A stretch of 64,000 nt of DNA, taken from the NCBI GenBank assembly GCA_963514005.1, contig OY740782.1, positions 116,622,001 through 116,686,000 on the forward strand, written 5' to 3'. The notes beneath the pieces were generated by a model. It did no database searches and was not told where the DNA came from. It saw only the letters and a list, made by a program, of their open reading frames with translations. This document shows, piece by piece, positions 47,101 through 60,885 of the stretch. This stretch comes from Raja brachyura. Lineage: Eukaryota. The first letter of the stretch is position 1. Each line of letters opens with the position of its first letter. The translations under genes and the position numbers were made by a program.

Positions 47101-49852
47101 ATTTCCTTACAACATAGGGTAACCTTTTCGGCAGTGATTGATCGTCACTTGGTTTAAAATCCGAAGGCTCTTGCCTAACTGCACAGTGGGGAATACTTTT
47201 ACCAGAAGCATTCCAGTGCTTGATTAAAGCTGGTGATTAACCATTTTTTAAGGGCAGTTAAGTACCCAGAAAATGAATAAATAGTTCTCCCCTTGTCATG
47301 GGAAAATTTGGTCTGCCAACTTAATAATTGTATGATTTTGGTTCCACTCTAAAGCTTCCTAAAGAACAGATGGACAACTGAGTGCATTAACAGTTACTGC
47401 CGAGAAAGGTTAATTAATCAAAGAGGTATCTATCTTTATGCTTTGCCTGAGTTTTCATGAAATTGCAAAACCAAAATAGTTAACAGAAACACTGGCTCTT
47501 GCATGGTTTATATGTTGGCTAAATAATTATTTACCAAAGGCTTTCCATTATGTCTATAATTATCATAAGCAAAAGATCAAGAGGGTCCATAACAAAGGTA
47601 ATGCCACTGTGGTTATGGGAGATTTCAATATGCAGGTAGACTGGGAAAATCAGTTTGGTTCTGGGCCCCAAGAAAGGGAGTTTGTAGAGTGCCTCTGAGA
47701 TGGATTCTGAGAGCAGCTTGTACTGGAGCCTACGAAAGAGAAGGCAATTTTGGATTTAGTGTTGTCTAATAAACCAGATGTAATAAGGGAACAAGGTAAA
47801 GGAACTGCTAGGAGGTATTGACCATAATATGATAAGTTTTAATCTGCAATTTGAGAGGGAGAAGGTTAAATCAGAAGTGTTGCAGTTGAAGAAGGGGACT
47901 ATGAAGGCACGAGAAAGGATCCTAGCAGGAATGACAGTGGAACAGCAATGGCTGGAATTTCTAGGCATAATCCAGAACATGTAGGATCATTTATTTCATT
48001 CCAAAGAGGAAGAAAGATTCTAAGGGAGTAAGAGGCAACCATGGTTGACAAGAGAAGTTAGGGATGAAATAAAACTAAAACAAAATGTGTATAACATAGC
48101 CAAGAGTACCAGGAAACCAGAGGATTGGGAAACTTTCAAAGGACAACAGAAGGTAACAAAAAGAGCAATGTGGGGTGAAAAGATGAAGTAGGAGGGTAAG
48201 ATGGCCAAGAATATAAAGGATAGTAAAAGCTTCATTCGGTATGTTAAGAGAAAAAGATAAGTAAGACAAATGTGAGTCCCTTGAAGGCAGAAACAGGTAA
48301 AATTATTATGGGGAACAAGGAAATGGCAGAAGAGTTGAATAGGTATTTTGGTTCTTTCTTCACTAAGGAAGACAAGAAAGAAGCAAGAGAGAAAATGGGG
48401 AATTATAGACTTGTTAGCCTGACATCATCAGTGGTGGGGAAGATGCTAGTCAGTTATTAAAGAAATAATAACGGCGCATTTGGATAGCAGTAAACACTTG
48501 GTCCAAGTCAGCATGGATTTATGAAGGGGAAATCCTGCTTGACTAATCTTCTGGATTTTTTTGAGGATGTAGTAAGTAAATTGGGTGAAGGAGAGGCAGT
48601 GGATGTCTGTAGCTGGACTTTTAGAAAGCCTTTGATAAGGTCCCACGCAGGAGATGAATGGGCAAAATTAAAGCACATGGTATTGGGGGTAGGGTATTGA
48701 CATGGATAGAGAATTGTTTGGCAAACAGGAAACAAAGAGTAGGAATAAACGGGTCCCTGTCAGAATGGCAGGCAATGGCAAGTGGAGTGCCGCAAGGCTC
48801 GGTGGCGGGGCCACAACTATTTACAATATATATTAATGATTTAGATGATGGAATTAAAAGTAACACTAGCAAATTTGCAGATGACACAAAGCTGGGTGGC
48901 ATTGTTAACTGCGAAGAGGATGCTCGTGTTCATCAATCATTATTGCTGATTTGATCCATGTCTGGTTTTGCTATTTAGGATCCGATCCCTAAGCCACGTT
49001 AAGTTTCCACCATGCCATCCAATGGAATGTAAGCAATCATACTTTCAGTTTTGAGCTACGACTTTGAGCCTACAGTACCTGTCATTATGGTCTCTGTATG
49101 TATTCTTATTAAAGTGCTTATTATGAAGTTCTATAACTCAGTAGTAGGTTGCAGGGTGACTTGGACAGGTTGAGTGAGTGGGCAGATGCATGGCAGATGC
49201 AGTATAATGTAGATAAATGAGAGGTTATCAACTTGGGCGGCAAGAACAAGGAGACAGATTATTATCTCAATGGTGTCAGATTAGGAAAAAGGGAAGTGCA
49301 GCGAGACCTGGGTGTCCTTGTACACCAGTCACTGAAAGTAAACATGCAGGTACAGCAGGCAGTGAAGAAAGCTAATGGCATGTTGGCCTTCATAACAAGA
49401 GGATTTGAGTATTGGAGTAAAGAGTTGTACAGGGCCCTGGTGAGACCACATCTGGAGTATTGTATGCAGTTTTGGTCTCCTAAGTGGAGGAAAAACATCC
49501 TTGCTATTGAGGCAGTGCAGCGTAGGTTCACATTATTAATCCCCGGTATGGCAGGACTGACATATGAGGAAAGATTGGAACGACTGGGCTTGTATTCACT
49601 GGAATTTCAAAGGATGAAAGGATTACAGAAACATTTAAAATTATAAAAGGACTGGACAAGCTAGATGCAGGAAAAATGTACCCAATGTTGGGTGAGTCCA
49701 ACACCAGGGGCCACAGTCTACGAATAAAGGGGAGGCCATTTAAAACTGAGATTAAAAAAACCTTTTTCTTCCAGAGAGTTGTGAATTTGTGAAATTTTCT
49801 GTCACAGAAGGCAGTAGGGGCCAATTCACTGCAATAATTTAAAAGAGAGTTA

Positions 49853-50145
49853 AAGCCCTGTCCCATGGTACGAGTTCATTCCAAGCGCTCTCCTGAGTTT
49901 GCCCTGATTCGAACTTGGAGATTTACAGTCATGGCCACTTGTCGGTACTCGGAGGCTCCCGTGGACATTTTTCCGTGCTTACCTGCCGTTAGCGAGTCTT
50001 CCCGAGTACCTGCCATTAGCGTAAAGAGCTGCTAAGAGACATCCCCGAGCTCCGACCGCTACGTTCATTCTCCATGCTTACCACGAATTTGATTTTAAAA
50101 CTCGTTAGAGCTCTTGGAATGATCTTATACCGTGGGACAGGGCTG
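49853..50145. mobile_element. PIF/Harbinger-like MITE nested in CR1
   Basis: TIR AGCCCTGTCCCA / TGGGACAGGGCT; splits CR1 sequence gagagtta|gatagagct; same TIR family as 40447-40541. Confidence 0.7.
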
Positions 50146-50209
50146 TGAGATAGAGCTCTAGGGGCTAGTGGAATCAAGGGATATGAGGAGAAGGCAGGCA
50201 TGGGTTACA

Positions 50210-51594
50210 TAGAAACATAGAAAATAGGTGCAGGAGTAGGCCATTCGGCCCTTCAAGCCTGCATCGCCATTCAATATGATCATGGCTGATCATTCAACTG
50301 GGTATCCTGTACCTGCCTTCTCTCCATATCCCCTGATCCCTTTAGCCACAAAGGCCACATCTAACTCCCTCTTAAATATAGCCAATGAACTTGCCTTAAC
50401 TACCTTCTGTGGCAGAGAATTCCAGAGACTCACCACACTCTGTGTGAAAAATGTTTTCCTCATCTCGGTCCTAAAGGAATTCCCCCTTATCCTTAAACTG
50501 TGACCCCTTCTTCTGGACCTCCCCAACATCGGGAACAATCTTCCTGCATCTAGCCTGTCCAACTCCTTAAAATTTTTTTAAGTTTCTATAAGATCCCCCC
50601 TCAATCTTCTAAATTCTAGCGAGTACAAGCCGAGTCTATCCAGTCTTTCCTCATATGAAAGTCTTGGCATCCCAGGAATCAGTCTGGTGACCCTTCTCTG
50701 TACCCCCTCTATGGCAAGAATGTCTTTCCTCAGATTTGGAGACCAAAACTGTACGCAATACTCCAGGTGTGGTCTCGCCAAAACCCTGTACAACTGCAGT
50801 AGAACCTCCCTGCTCCTATACTCAAATCCTTTTTCTATGAATGCTAACATACCATTCACTCTCTTCACTGCCTGCTGCACCTGCATGCCTACTTTCAATG
50901 ACTGGTGTACCATGACACCCTGGTCTCGTTGCATCTCCCCTTTTCCTAATCGGCCACCATTCAGGTAATAGTCTACCCTCCTGTTTTTGCCATCAAAGTG
51001 GATAACCTCACATGTATCCACATTATACTGCATCTGGCATGCATTTGCCCACTCATCCAGCCTATCCAAATGACCTTGCAGCCTCCTAGCATCCTCCTCA
51101 CACCTAACACTGCCCCCCAGCTTCGTGTCATCCGCAAACTTGGAGATGTTGCATTCAATTCCCTCATCCAAATCATTAATATATATTGTAAATAGCTGGG
51201 GTCCCAGCACTGAGCCTTGTGGTACCCCACTAGTCACTGCCAGCCATTCTGAAAAGGATCCGTTTACTCCTACCCTTTGCTTCCTGTCTGCCAGCCAGTT
51301 CTCTATCCACATCAATACAGAACCCCCAATACCTTGTGCTTTAAGTTTGTATACTAATCTCTTATGTGGGACCTTGTCGAAAGCCTTCTGAAAGTCCAGA
51401 TATAACACATCCACTGGTTCCCTCTTATCCACTGTACTAGTTAAATCCTCGAAAAATTCTATAAGATTCGTCAGACATGATTTACCTTTCGTAAATCAAT
51501 GCTGACTTTGTCAAATGATTTCACCACTTTCCAAATGTGCTGCTATCCCATCTTTAATAACTGACTAGCAGTTTCCCCACTATGTTAGACTAAT
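50210..51594 (-). mobile_element. Young CR1 LINE 3' portion nested antisense in another CR1 tail
   Basis: 284-aa ORF 50578-51432 (YLDFQKAFDKVPH, SGVPQGSVLGP, KFADDTKLGG); short TTAC duplication at the junctions. Confidence 0.92.
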
Positions 51595-52610
51595 TACTGA
51601 TTGGGGATCATCAGCCTTGATCACAATGAATGGTGGTGCTGGTTTGAAGGGCCAAATGGCCTCCTCCTGATCCTAGTTTCTATGTTTCTATGTTTTCTAT
51701 GTATTCCTCCATAAATATCTTCTGCTCTCCAATTCTATCTTTTTTATAAATCTACTTGAAGCTTGCTCTTTGACAAAGCTCTGACGTCCCCTATTTGGTT
51801 TGGTGCCAAATATTGACGTATAATGTTCTTGTGATGCACCTTGTGATGTTCTATTATTTTAACATCACTATTTAAATGTTGCTATTGCAAGAGTATTCAT
51901 GGCAGAGCTTCAGTTAATCTTGGTTAAGTAGGATAATGAAATTATGTGAGTTTTCAATTAATCCCTTGTCTGGCGAGGAAATGGGATTTGAAAGCGGAGA
52001 CAGACCTTGGTTAGAGCTGAATAGGATGACTTCAGTATTTTGATTTGAGCTTAAGTAATTCTGATTCATCCATAATTGAAAGAGTACATTATGGGGAATA
52101 AAAAACATGAGACTTGTAGAATAAATATGGGAGGAAAACAAAACACAAATGGTGAAGAATGTAATAAGGGCAAGCTGAAGATGAACAATGAAAGCAAAAT
52201 AGATTTGGAAGAGAGAAAATATCTGAATTTGTTTTTAAACTTGATTTTGGCGTAACTTGGATTTGGTGTTCAGAGTGCTTGCCGTTTGTCTTGTAGCTGG
52301 TGCTGTACTAATTTATGATTACCACATGAGTGTGCAATTGTTTTTTGAGGGGTTGTCCTGCTGCTTAGCAGATAAATTAGTGAATGTTTTGTTCTTGCAT
52401 AAAACGACAGAAGGAGGCAGCACAGAAGTATATGCTTTGCCCATTGGTTGTCTTCTGATGCGATTGGCCAGATTTTCCTGCATTTCCATACTCCCATATT
52501 AAAAAGAAACTCTTCAAGTATTTATCCTGTTCCCTTTTGAATCTCACTTTTTCAAGGCTTTTTGTCAAAATTCAAATTACAAAACTATGCCATTTGCAAT
52601 GCTGTTGCAG

Positions 52611-52699
52611 GACTTCAAGATGCTGCGAGAGCAACGAAAAGCCATTGCAAAATTCAAGGAGCCAACACATGCTTCAACCTTTCAGCAGAAATTTCACAG
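52611..52699 (+). CDS. RBM33: RBM33 penultimate coding exon (RRM-like domain)
   Basis: Acceptor gctgttgcag|GAC; encodes DFKMLREQRKAIAKFKEPTHASTFQQKFH(R); 89 nt, phase 2 donor AG|gtaatt. This reading frame is not in the ORF track. Confidence 0.93.
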
Positions 52700-52869
52700 G
52701 TAATTATCCATCATTATGTTCTGTCGCTAGAAAGGAAACATTTGGAAAAGGACGCATCAAATTGGGTTCAACAATCAAACTTGTAATCCAAGTAAAATGT
52801 ATTTTCTGTACAAACTTAAAAAAAGGGTTGAATTTATTTTGGATTTGATTGTTTGTTCCTAAATTCTTT

Positions 52870-54000
52870 ATAGACGATAGGTGCAGGAGTATGCCATTCG
52901 GCCCTTCGAGCCAGCACCACCATTCACTGTGATAATGGCTGATCATCCACAATCAGTACCCCATTCCTGTCCCTTCACTCCTCTATCTTTAAGAGATCTA
53001 TATCCAGAATTCAGAATGGCAGGCGGTGACTAGTGGGGCCTCTCTTGAAAGCCTCCAGAGAATTTGCCTCCACTGCCTTCTGTCAGAGAATACCACAGAT
53101 TCACAACTGTGTGAAAAAGCTTTTTTCATCTCAAGTTCTAATGGCTTACCCCTTATTCTTAATCTGTGGCCCCTGGTTCTGGACTCTCCCAACATCGGGA
53201 ACATGTTTCCTTCCTCTAACATGTCCAAAGCTTTAATAATCTTATATGTTTCAATAAGAACCCCTCTCATCCTTTTAAATTCCAGATTATACAAGCCCAG
53301 CCGCTCCATTCAATCAACAAGTGAGTCCCGCCATCCCTGGAATTAATCTTGTGAACCTACTACACTGCACTCCCTCAATAGCAAGAATATCCTTCCTCAA
53401 ATTTAGAGACCAAAACTACAGACAATACTTCAGGTGTGGTCTCACTATGGCCCTGTACAACTGCAGAAAGATCTATTTACTTCTATACTCAACTCCTCGT
53501 GTTATGAAGGCCAACATGCCATTCACTTTCTTCACTGTCTGCTGCACCTGCATGCTTACTTCCAGTAACTCATGACCAAGGACCCCCTGATCTCACTGTG
53601 CTTCCCCTTTTCCCCACTTGACACCATTCAGATGCCTTCCTGTTTCTGCCACCAAAGTGGATAACCTCACATATATCCTCATTAAAGTACATCTGCCCAC
53701 TCACCCAACTTGTCCAAGACACCCTGCATCCTCATAGCATCCTCCTCACAGTTCACACTGCCACCCAGCTTTGTGTCATCTGCAAATTTGCCAATGTTAT
53801 TTTCAATCCCTTCATCTAAATCATTAATGTATATTGTAAAGAGTCGCGGTCCCAGCACCGCGACTTGTGGTACCCCACTAGTCACCGCCTGCCATTCTGA
53901 AAGGGACCTGTTTATCCCTACTCTTTGATTCCTGCCTGCCAACCAATTTTCTATCCATGTCAGTACCCTACTCATAAGACCATGTGCTGTAATTTTGCCC
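52870..54000 (-). mobile_element. CR1 LINE 3' fragment
   Basis: ORFs 53682-53975 (VTSGVPQ, KFADDTKLGG) and 52998-53309; tail matches 50210-50330. Confidence 0.9.
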
Positions 54001-54497
54001 TCTATTTCTGTTCTGGGTGAGTATTATTCTTTGGTTATTGAAACATCAACTGAGTCAACATGGTATCACTTAAGTGATCACCAACATTGGGAAATAGAGC
54101 TGTCTTGTTCTGTATATTTTACTTTTTAATAAAATGCATAACAGTAAAAATAAACACTACTGTAAAAAAAATCAGCATCCCCTCTCACCTGGAGTTAATC
54201 AAATTACTTTTTTTCTCTATCTCTGATACAGCTTTACATATTTATGACACTTGCCTAAATAAGGCAGACACCTGGTTAATAGATTATAACTCTTTTCCAT
54301 CACTTCGTCTCTGCCATCATCCATTCTATATAATTCTGTATAAACTCATCCCATCAGTCTTAGCAGATGCAGATTGATTGCAAATTTTAAAATTTTCATT
54401 CTATCTGAAATCTGGACCATAATTATCATAGTAAATACGGTATTGTGTATATTAATTTCCTTTACAACATCCAGAGATTATTTTATTATATAACGCT

Positions 54498-54803
54498 ACA
54501 CAGTATTGCAGCTGAAAGAGCTGCTGCTTCATCGTGCCAGAGACCCAGGCTCCATTCTGACGTCAAGTGCTATCTTTCGTGGATTCCGCACATTCTCACT
54601 GTGATTGCTTGGGGTTTCCTCCCGCATGCCAAAGGCGTGCGGCTATTAGGTTAATTGGTCTCTGTAAATTACTCCTAGTGTGTAGGGAGTGGACTAGACA
54701 ATGGCTTAGCATAGAACTACTGTGAATGGGTGATTGATGGTCAGCCTGGACTCTAGGCTGAAGGGCCTGTTTCCATGCCGTATTTCAAAACTAAACCCAA
54801 ACT
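54498..54803 (+). mobile_element. tRNA-derived SINE (HE1-like)
   Basis: gagctgctgc...gccagagacccagg...cccgcatgccaaaggcgtgc...ggttaattgg...gctgaagggcctgtttcc...aaactaaac. Confidence 0.7.
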
Positions 54804-55510
54804 ACAATTGAAAGTTCAAGGTTGTACCACTTCCTCCATTACTGGTGATGGGTGGGTAATATTACTATTTTTTGGCTCGCTCTTTTGCATTTATACCCAT
54901 GTTTAAAGTTACCTCGAAACAAACTTAATTTGCCCAGTAAATTTTGTTTTTTCACTGTCAGAGAACCTACTGCTTTATTAATGCATAATAATGATTTTAA
55001 ATATTGGAGAAAGACAAATGCTGGAGCAGGCAGGCATCCGCATTTTCAATCTGAATAAGGGTCCCGACATGAAATGACACCTATTCGTTTTCTCCAGAGA
55101 TGCGGCCTGACCCACTACTTCTTCTTGCATGTGGCGTGCACAGACTAAAGTTGCAGGACAACTTGTTCTATTTGAGCTTATTTGATTGTGCACTTTGGTT
55201 GGTAGCATTTGTCAAAACAGGGCGGAACACGTGAAGGTTGCAATCTTCCACCCCCCTGACCCACTGAGTTACCCCAGTATTTTGTCTATCTTTGGTATAA
55301 ACCAGAATCTGCAGCCTTTTTATTATGGTAAATATAGGATTTAGGAGATTTTTGGCTTTCAGGTTATAAAATGTAAAGTAAGTCAAAGTGAACTGAAAAG
55401 GTGTTTGCAAGACATTGTTTTTTGATACTGATTTTACAGGCTATTGATTTTTCAAATCTTGGGCTTCTTTCAATTGCTTTAGCATCACTTTTCCTTGGAT
55501 ATTTTTGCAG

Positions 55511-55562
55511 GCACATGATAGATCTCTCTCATATCAATGTGGCACTGATCATGGATGAATGA
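55511..55562 (+). CDS. RBM33: RBM33 last coding exon with stop codon
   Basis: Acceptor atttttgcag|G CAC ATG ATA...; completes R then HMIDLSHINVALIMDE*, matching the RBM33 C-terminus RHMIDLSHINVALIVE as I recall it; TGA at 55560-55562. Confidence 0.93.
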
Positions 55563-56686
55563 TTATTCTTTGAATGGAAACAAAGCTACGTACTAGTGCA
55601 GAAGATCAGATCAAGTCCAGTGAAGATGTGATATGGCAGAGCTACCTACCATACAGCAATCAATTTCTAGCCAGAGTGTAAGCTGTCAAATTGGTGAAAC
55701 CAAAGGAGTTGACCCAAGTCCATTGTGGGTTGAAGTATGTAATGACACTGAAGAAGACTGTTTGTACTCTTGTTTCTACCTGTTTGTTTCTTGTCACCAA
55801 ATGGAACAAAATCTTGGCAAAACCACCTATGTGGATTGAAAATACCACAAAGAATGACTTATCTGTGAACAGTGACTGAAGTAGGCACTGTAGAAGTAGT
55901 TCCGCTGCTTATATAATAGAAGACGTTTACGGTGAATAACACTAGATAATGGTTGCTGCAGACTTCTTTCCTTGCAGGGTTAGATTTGTGTGAAATACAT
56001 CCCTCCTTTTAAACTATCTCATAACAATGGCATGCCTAGCTTCCAAGTAACTCATCATTATGTACATTCGAGTAAGAATTAATTGGAAAGAGCCAAGTTG
56101 CATTGAGGAATGCATGCTACTGACTGAGTTCCAAGTTCACGTTATTCTATTCTATTAGACCTCCTGAATTGAGCCACGATATATAATGTTACATAGAAAC
56201 TTGAAGGGATGTATTGGATGAGGACTTGCCTGTTAGTTGCGGATTGGAGTTTTACTTTTGTTTGGTAAAATCAACTTATTGGAAAATTAATAATTAAGCA
56301 CAAAAATGCTTTGTCAGTAAGAAGTCTACATTTAATTTTTTCAAAAGAGATGATTTGAAGAAAAGTGGGTTATATATTCTGCTGGTAGCCTTAATATATC
56401 TGTCCTTTTTGTTCAGGAGTGAATGAAAGATCAGATCTAGCGTTGGAATGTGAAGATTTTTAACCTATGGCAAAATAATTTTGAAGGATTTAACCTTCAA
56501 ACGTTCAAAATACTTCATATCCAACTGGGAAACGGTTTTCATTTTTTGAGTGGAAGAGGACAATACAAAGTTCATTGTTAAAATTAAAGGTTGAAGTTAG
56601 ATGCCGTTGAGTAGTTTATCAGAGCTGCTTAAGGATTTGCAGAATGAATGCTGATACATTCCTATAGGTTGATCTATGGTTGATTT

Positions 56687-56710
56687 CCCCCCCCCCCCCC
56701 CCCCCCCCCC
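56687..56710 (+). repeat. Poly-C tract in putative 3' UTR (second one at about 57837-57852)
   Basis: Uninterrupted run of more than 20 C. Confidence 0.9.
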
Positions 56711-59700
56711 GTATTATAGACCATGAAATTGTGATTGGTCTAAGGTCTATTTTGTGCAAGTGTTTTAAATATTTTCATCAACCGTTGTACATTAGAGGAA
56801 ATATCACTGTGATGATAGTTGTCTATTACTTCATGTGAATCGTTTGATTTTGTACTTGAGTATTATAAACAGCACCAAGCGCGTACAAAAATAGATGCAT
56901 ATTAAAATCCAGAATCAGGTTTTCATTCCCCTGTCTATCAGTTAGTTTTTTGTTTAACTATTATAATGAATCTGTTGAATTCTTGTCACCTGCTTATACA
57001 TAAACACCGCCATAGGCAGTGACTGCTGAGTTACTCAGTTTTCTCATCTTGGATTGCTGGTGGAGTTAGGCCTTCTAAAAAGGATGGGGTTCTGCTTTGG
57101 CAGTGACACTGAAAACTGAAAGGTGTTAAGACGCAGGGTTGCTATTGAAGGGTACGCAGGGTTGTTGATGAGAATTGTTTTAGATGCAGTTTTAACATAT
57201 GCTCCGTAGACCTGCAGAAGTGTTTTAAATTAGATATAAAATTGTATTTCTTACTCGGACAATTGAGAATTAATTGTTGAGTTAGTGCTAAACGAGGTGC
57301 ATGACTTCCCTATCAGTCATTCTATGCAACAAAATGAATTGCAATCAAATCGGGTTTCTTTGACCTAATCAGCATTCGGATTAAAATTTAATTTAAGTGC
57401 AGCTGGAGAAACTGTTTCTACGGATTTATTGGTTAGGGGAACTTGGATACTTAATCTGCCTTGTAATGGGACAAAATATATAGGTGTTTGCAGAACCTAG
57501 ATCTTAATGTAACGTTTGAGAGAGTCATTCCTGCAGGGTTTCATTTTGTGTAACTATGTACGTTATAACATTTAACAGTGCTACTAATCCCCATTTGTCA
57601 GATCTTGCTGTACTTTGAGAATTTATTATTATTTAATTGCATATTTTGTTAATGGTGATTTATGACCATAAACACTGGAGATTTTATCACTGGAGGTTTA
57701 CTGACAGTGGCAGTACAAGGGCAGGTTGTAATGCCTGGTGTAATTGAGTTTATGCAAGTTGTTTTGTTTTTGATCAAATGGTCAATACTGGTTCGGTACA
57801 AAGATTGAAAGTATCATGATGGTTTTCATTTTCGTTCCCCCCCCCCCCCCCATAAACTTCTGTTGAAAGAAGTAGAATCTTGTTATATGCAATTTGTTTA
57901 ATCTAACAAAATATGGTCAGAATGGATCTGCCTCTGCTGGTTCTTTCTATATGAGGAACAGTTGTTATATCATGATCACACATAGATGGATTGGAAGGTG
58001 TTACAGATGGTACGGGTCGTTGACCTTTTTTGTAGTTTTATTTGGTTTGCATTGTGTCACTCATAAACTGAGTTAATATTTGGTCCTCTTTGATATTACA
58101 CTTGCATATACCAACTTTGCTTTGCAAAACCAAATGGATTACAACTTGTGCATATTCCCAGCAACAATATACAGCGTATAAATGTAAAGCATATATATAT
58201 ATATCTCTTGTGTGTATACACATACCGTAAAGTCTGCCTTTCAATACCAAAACAGCAATTTTCAAAGCTGAAGCTTTCTCCAGCATCTGCAGTTCCTTCT
58301 TTAACAGCTTTAGAGGGACGTGTGTTCACTTGTGTATAGAGTCATTTGTTAATGGTAGTGGGGTTGTTGCCAGAAGGAAGATATAATGGGGGAATACACA
58401 CATCACATTAAGGATACAAGTGTGGTAAACCTATAGGTGTTTAGAGGAAGATTTGCTGCAACCATCATCAGTGTTGTTCACCACACATTGGTGGATTTCA
58501 CTTAGTTTAAAGAAGCATTTGTACAGCAGCATGCGAGTAGAGCAAAATGCTTTCAAGTCATCGTCCGTGGTGTTCCATCTACTTTTTAGACGTTTTGCAG
58601 TAGCTAATACTTTCTGAAGTTGCTTGTGTTTTTTTTCATGTATTTGGAAGTTTATTGGATGCAATGACTATTGAACTGAACAAGACATTCTGTGTATTAA
58701 TACATTTTTATAAAGATCACAGTTCTTCCATATGTACTTTCTCCTGTTTATTTGCATGAGTCTTTTTACTCAGAGGTGATATTTTACAAACTCCTCAGTG
58801 TGTATGTGGAGCCAAATATTTTTAGGGGTGTTACTGTTTTATCGTTTCATATGCAGTAAATCCTTTCTTGTGTTCGTGGGGTTGAGTTTTAAAATGGTGT
58901 CATTTGAATCGAATTGCATAACCATATTCTGGATGTCAGTGGGAATCTTGTTAGCAGTTAGTACCATCTAAATGGGCTGTCCCACACATCGACACAGATA
59001 AAGTTGTACTTTATACAGCAATGAGCCAGGACCATGGTTTAAAGGGTTGTTGAAAAATGTGTTATTGGCCACCTTTAAATCTCGTACATGCAGTATTCTA
59101 GAATGAGTACATGCCTTGAAGTGCAAGGACAACTTACATTTTACAAATGTGTAAGCAGTAAACTGAAGGCTTTTAGCATGTGCTTCAGAAAAGATTGAGT
59201 TGCCGCTTTGCTGACGGGAACTGTAATCTAATATTCCCAAACACATTGCCAACTTTAACAATTGGGTTGCAGTTCCTGCTCAATTTGGATAAAGTCATCG
59301 CATGATTCCTGAAGCATCCTAGTTGCTTTTTCACAGCTTACCACTGATGAAAATGTGAAAAGCGCACATTCTGTATGAGAGTTTGTAAGGAAGCTGTTTT
59401 GGAATACTGTATGTAGAAGATGTGGTTCAAAACATTTTAAAGAAAGCATTCTTTCCTACTCTTTTTTTTTCCCCCCACCACCAAATTGTAGTGTTTTGGT
59501 TATATTGTTTCTGGTTAACACTAAAGAGTTGTGTAGGTTACCATCTGTGAACAGAATCTTTTCTCCTTGAAATATATTCCACATTTATTCATTTAATTGT
59601 GTATTCAATTGCATCCAGATATTGACATTTTGTGAAATTCTTGACTATTTTTAGTCAAATTATTTTTGATAGATTAGTGTAATTCAATGCACTCCCAGCC

Positions 59701-60879
59701 CCTCCTCCTCCAAACTCAGTTGCATAACTTGAAAGTATGGAAGATAATTGATGAGCAGTCAAGATATGAAGAATATTTAAACATTCTACTTGGAGAACGT
59801 GAAGTACGTTCTACGATCCTTTTTCAAAGAGGCCAAAACTTGCATTTGCTTGTGGAAGAGCTAAAATATGGACTTTTAAGGGAAGAGATGTAGCTTTTAG
59901 TGTGTTTTTAGAGTGGTAGCAGTGTATTTGTCTGTCAGTGAAGATGTATTAGCCTTCCGTTTGGGTAGATTTGTATATCCTGCCACAAGGTTAGAATTAA
60001 TCCTTAGGTGTGTGGAGATTTCAAATCCGAGTCTTACTCCCTGGTTTTGTATTGTTAATATGCTGCCGCTTCTGCGTTTGTGATGTGACTTTAGTGTAGC
60101 ATTGTTCAAGTTTATTGTCGTGCTTTATTTATTACGTGGTGTTGCTTTGTTTACTTTAAATTTGGCTTCACTTACTCACTTGGTGGATTACAGAAGAATT
60201 TAAAAAATATATATATTGCTTTCCCTTACACTTGTAGAGAAATTCAATTAATATTTATATATATAAGGTAGAGCAAGCAAGAGTTAATGAATCGTGCCAC
60301 AAAGGTTCAATGTTTTCTTGAGCTATTTTGCTACTTCATTCGAGCTGTGTATAACAATTCAAGAAATTACATATTGCGGTTCACCCATATTTACATCTAT
60401 AGCTTCAGTGCGTTAAGAATAACCATATTTTTCCCTGCAACCATTCGTGATCACTTATTGACATTGCTTTCTGTCCATTATTTATAACTGGTGTCTCTCA
60501 ATCGGTTGAATATAATAAGCACTTATATACTTTCAATTTTATTTTCTTTGTAAATAACCAGTTCAAAGTTGCTGCATTTATGCAGAGCTAATTAGAAGTA
60601 CAAAATGCTAAAGCATGTTCTTTCCCAGTATCAAATATGCCACACTGCTTTTATTTTAAGAAGAAACGGAACTTAATGGGTCTGCATGAAATTATTTTTG
60701 TTTTTATTTTGAACTGGTTACTGGAAAATTAGGAATATCCATGGGTATTTAGATATTAAGCATACCCACAGTTTTATGTGGTTAACATCTTACGAATCCA
60801 AAGGATATCATGTAAGATTTATGTTAAAACTATTGAATAGGTTGGTATTGGTAATTGAGACCATTACATGCAAATGTTA

Positions 60880-60885
60880 AATAAA
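60880..60885 (+). terminator. Candidate polyadenylation signal AATAAA
   Basis: Canonical hexamer followed about 20-35 nt later by a GT/T-rich stretch (tatgtgtagctttt). Confidence 0.4.

Larger units (their letters stand above)
47580..51705 (+). mobile_element. CR1 LINE ORF2 (APE end, RT, tail), interrupted by three insertions
   Basis: VVMGDFN, NYRLVSLTS, SGVPQGSV, KFADDTKLGG, LVRPHLEYC; tail resumes at about 51595 and ends in (tttctatg)n; insertions at 48925-49141, 49853-50145 and 50210-51594. Confidence 0.88.

Noticed and set aside
52537-52848. ORF-track translations over the penultimate exon
   Set aside because: Both listed plus-strand ORFs are in the wrong frame; the RBM33 frame starts at 52611 (GAC TTC AAG ATG).
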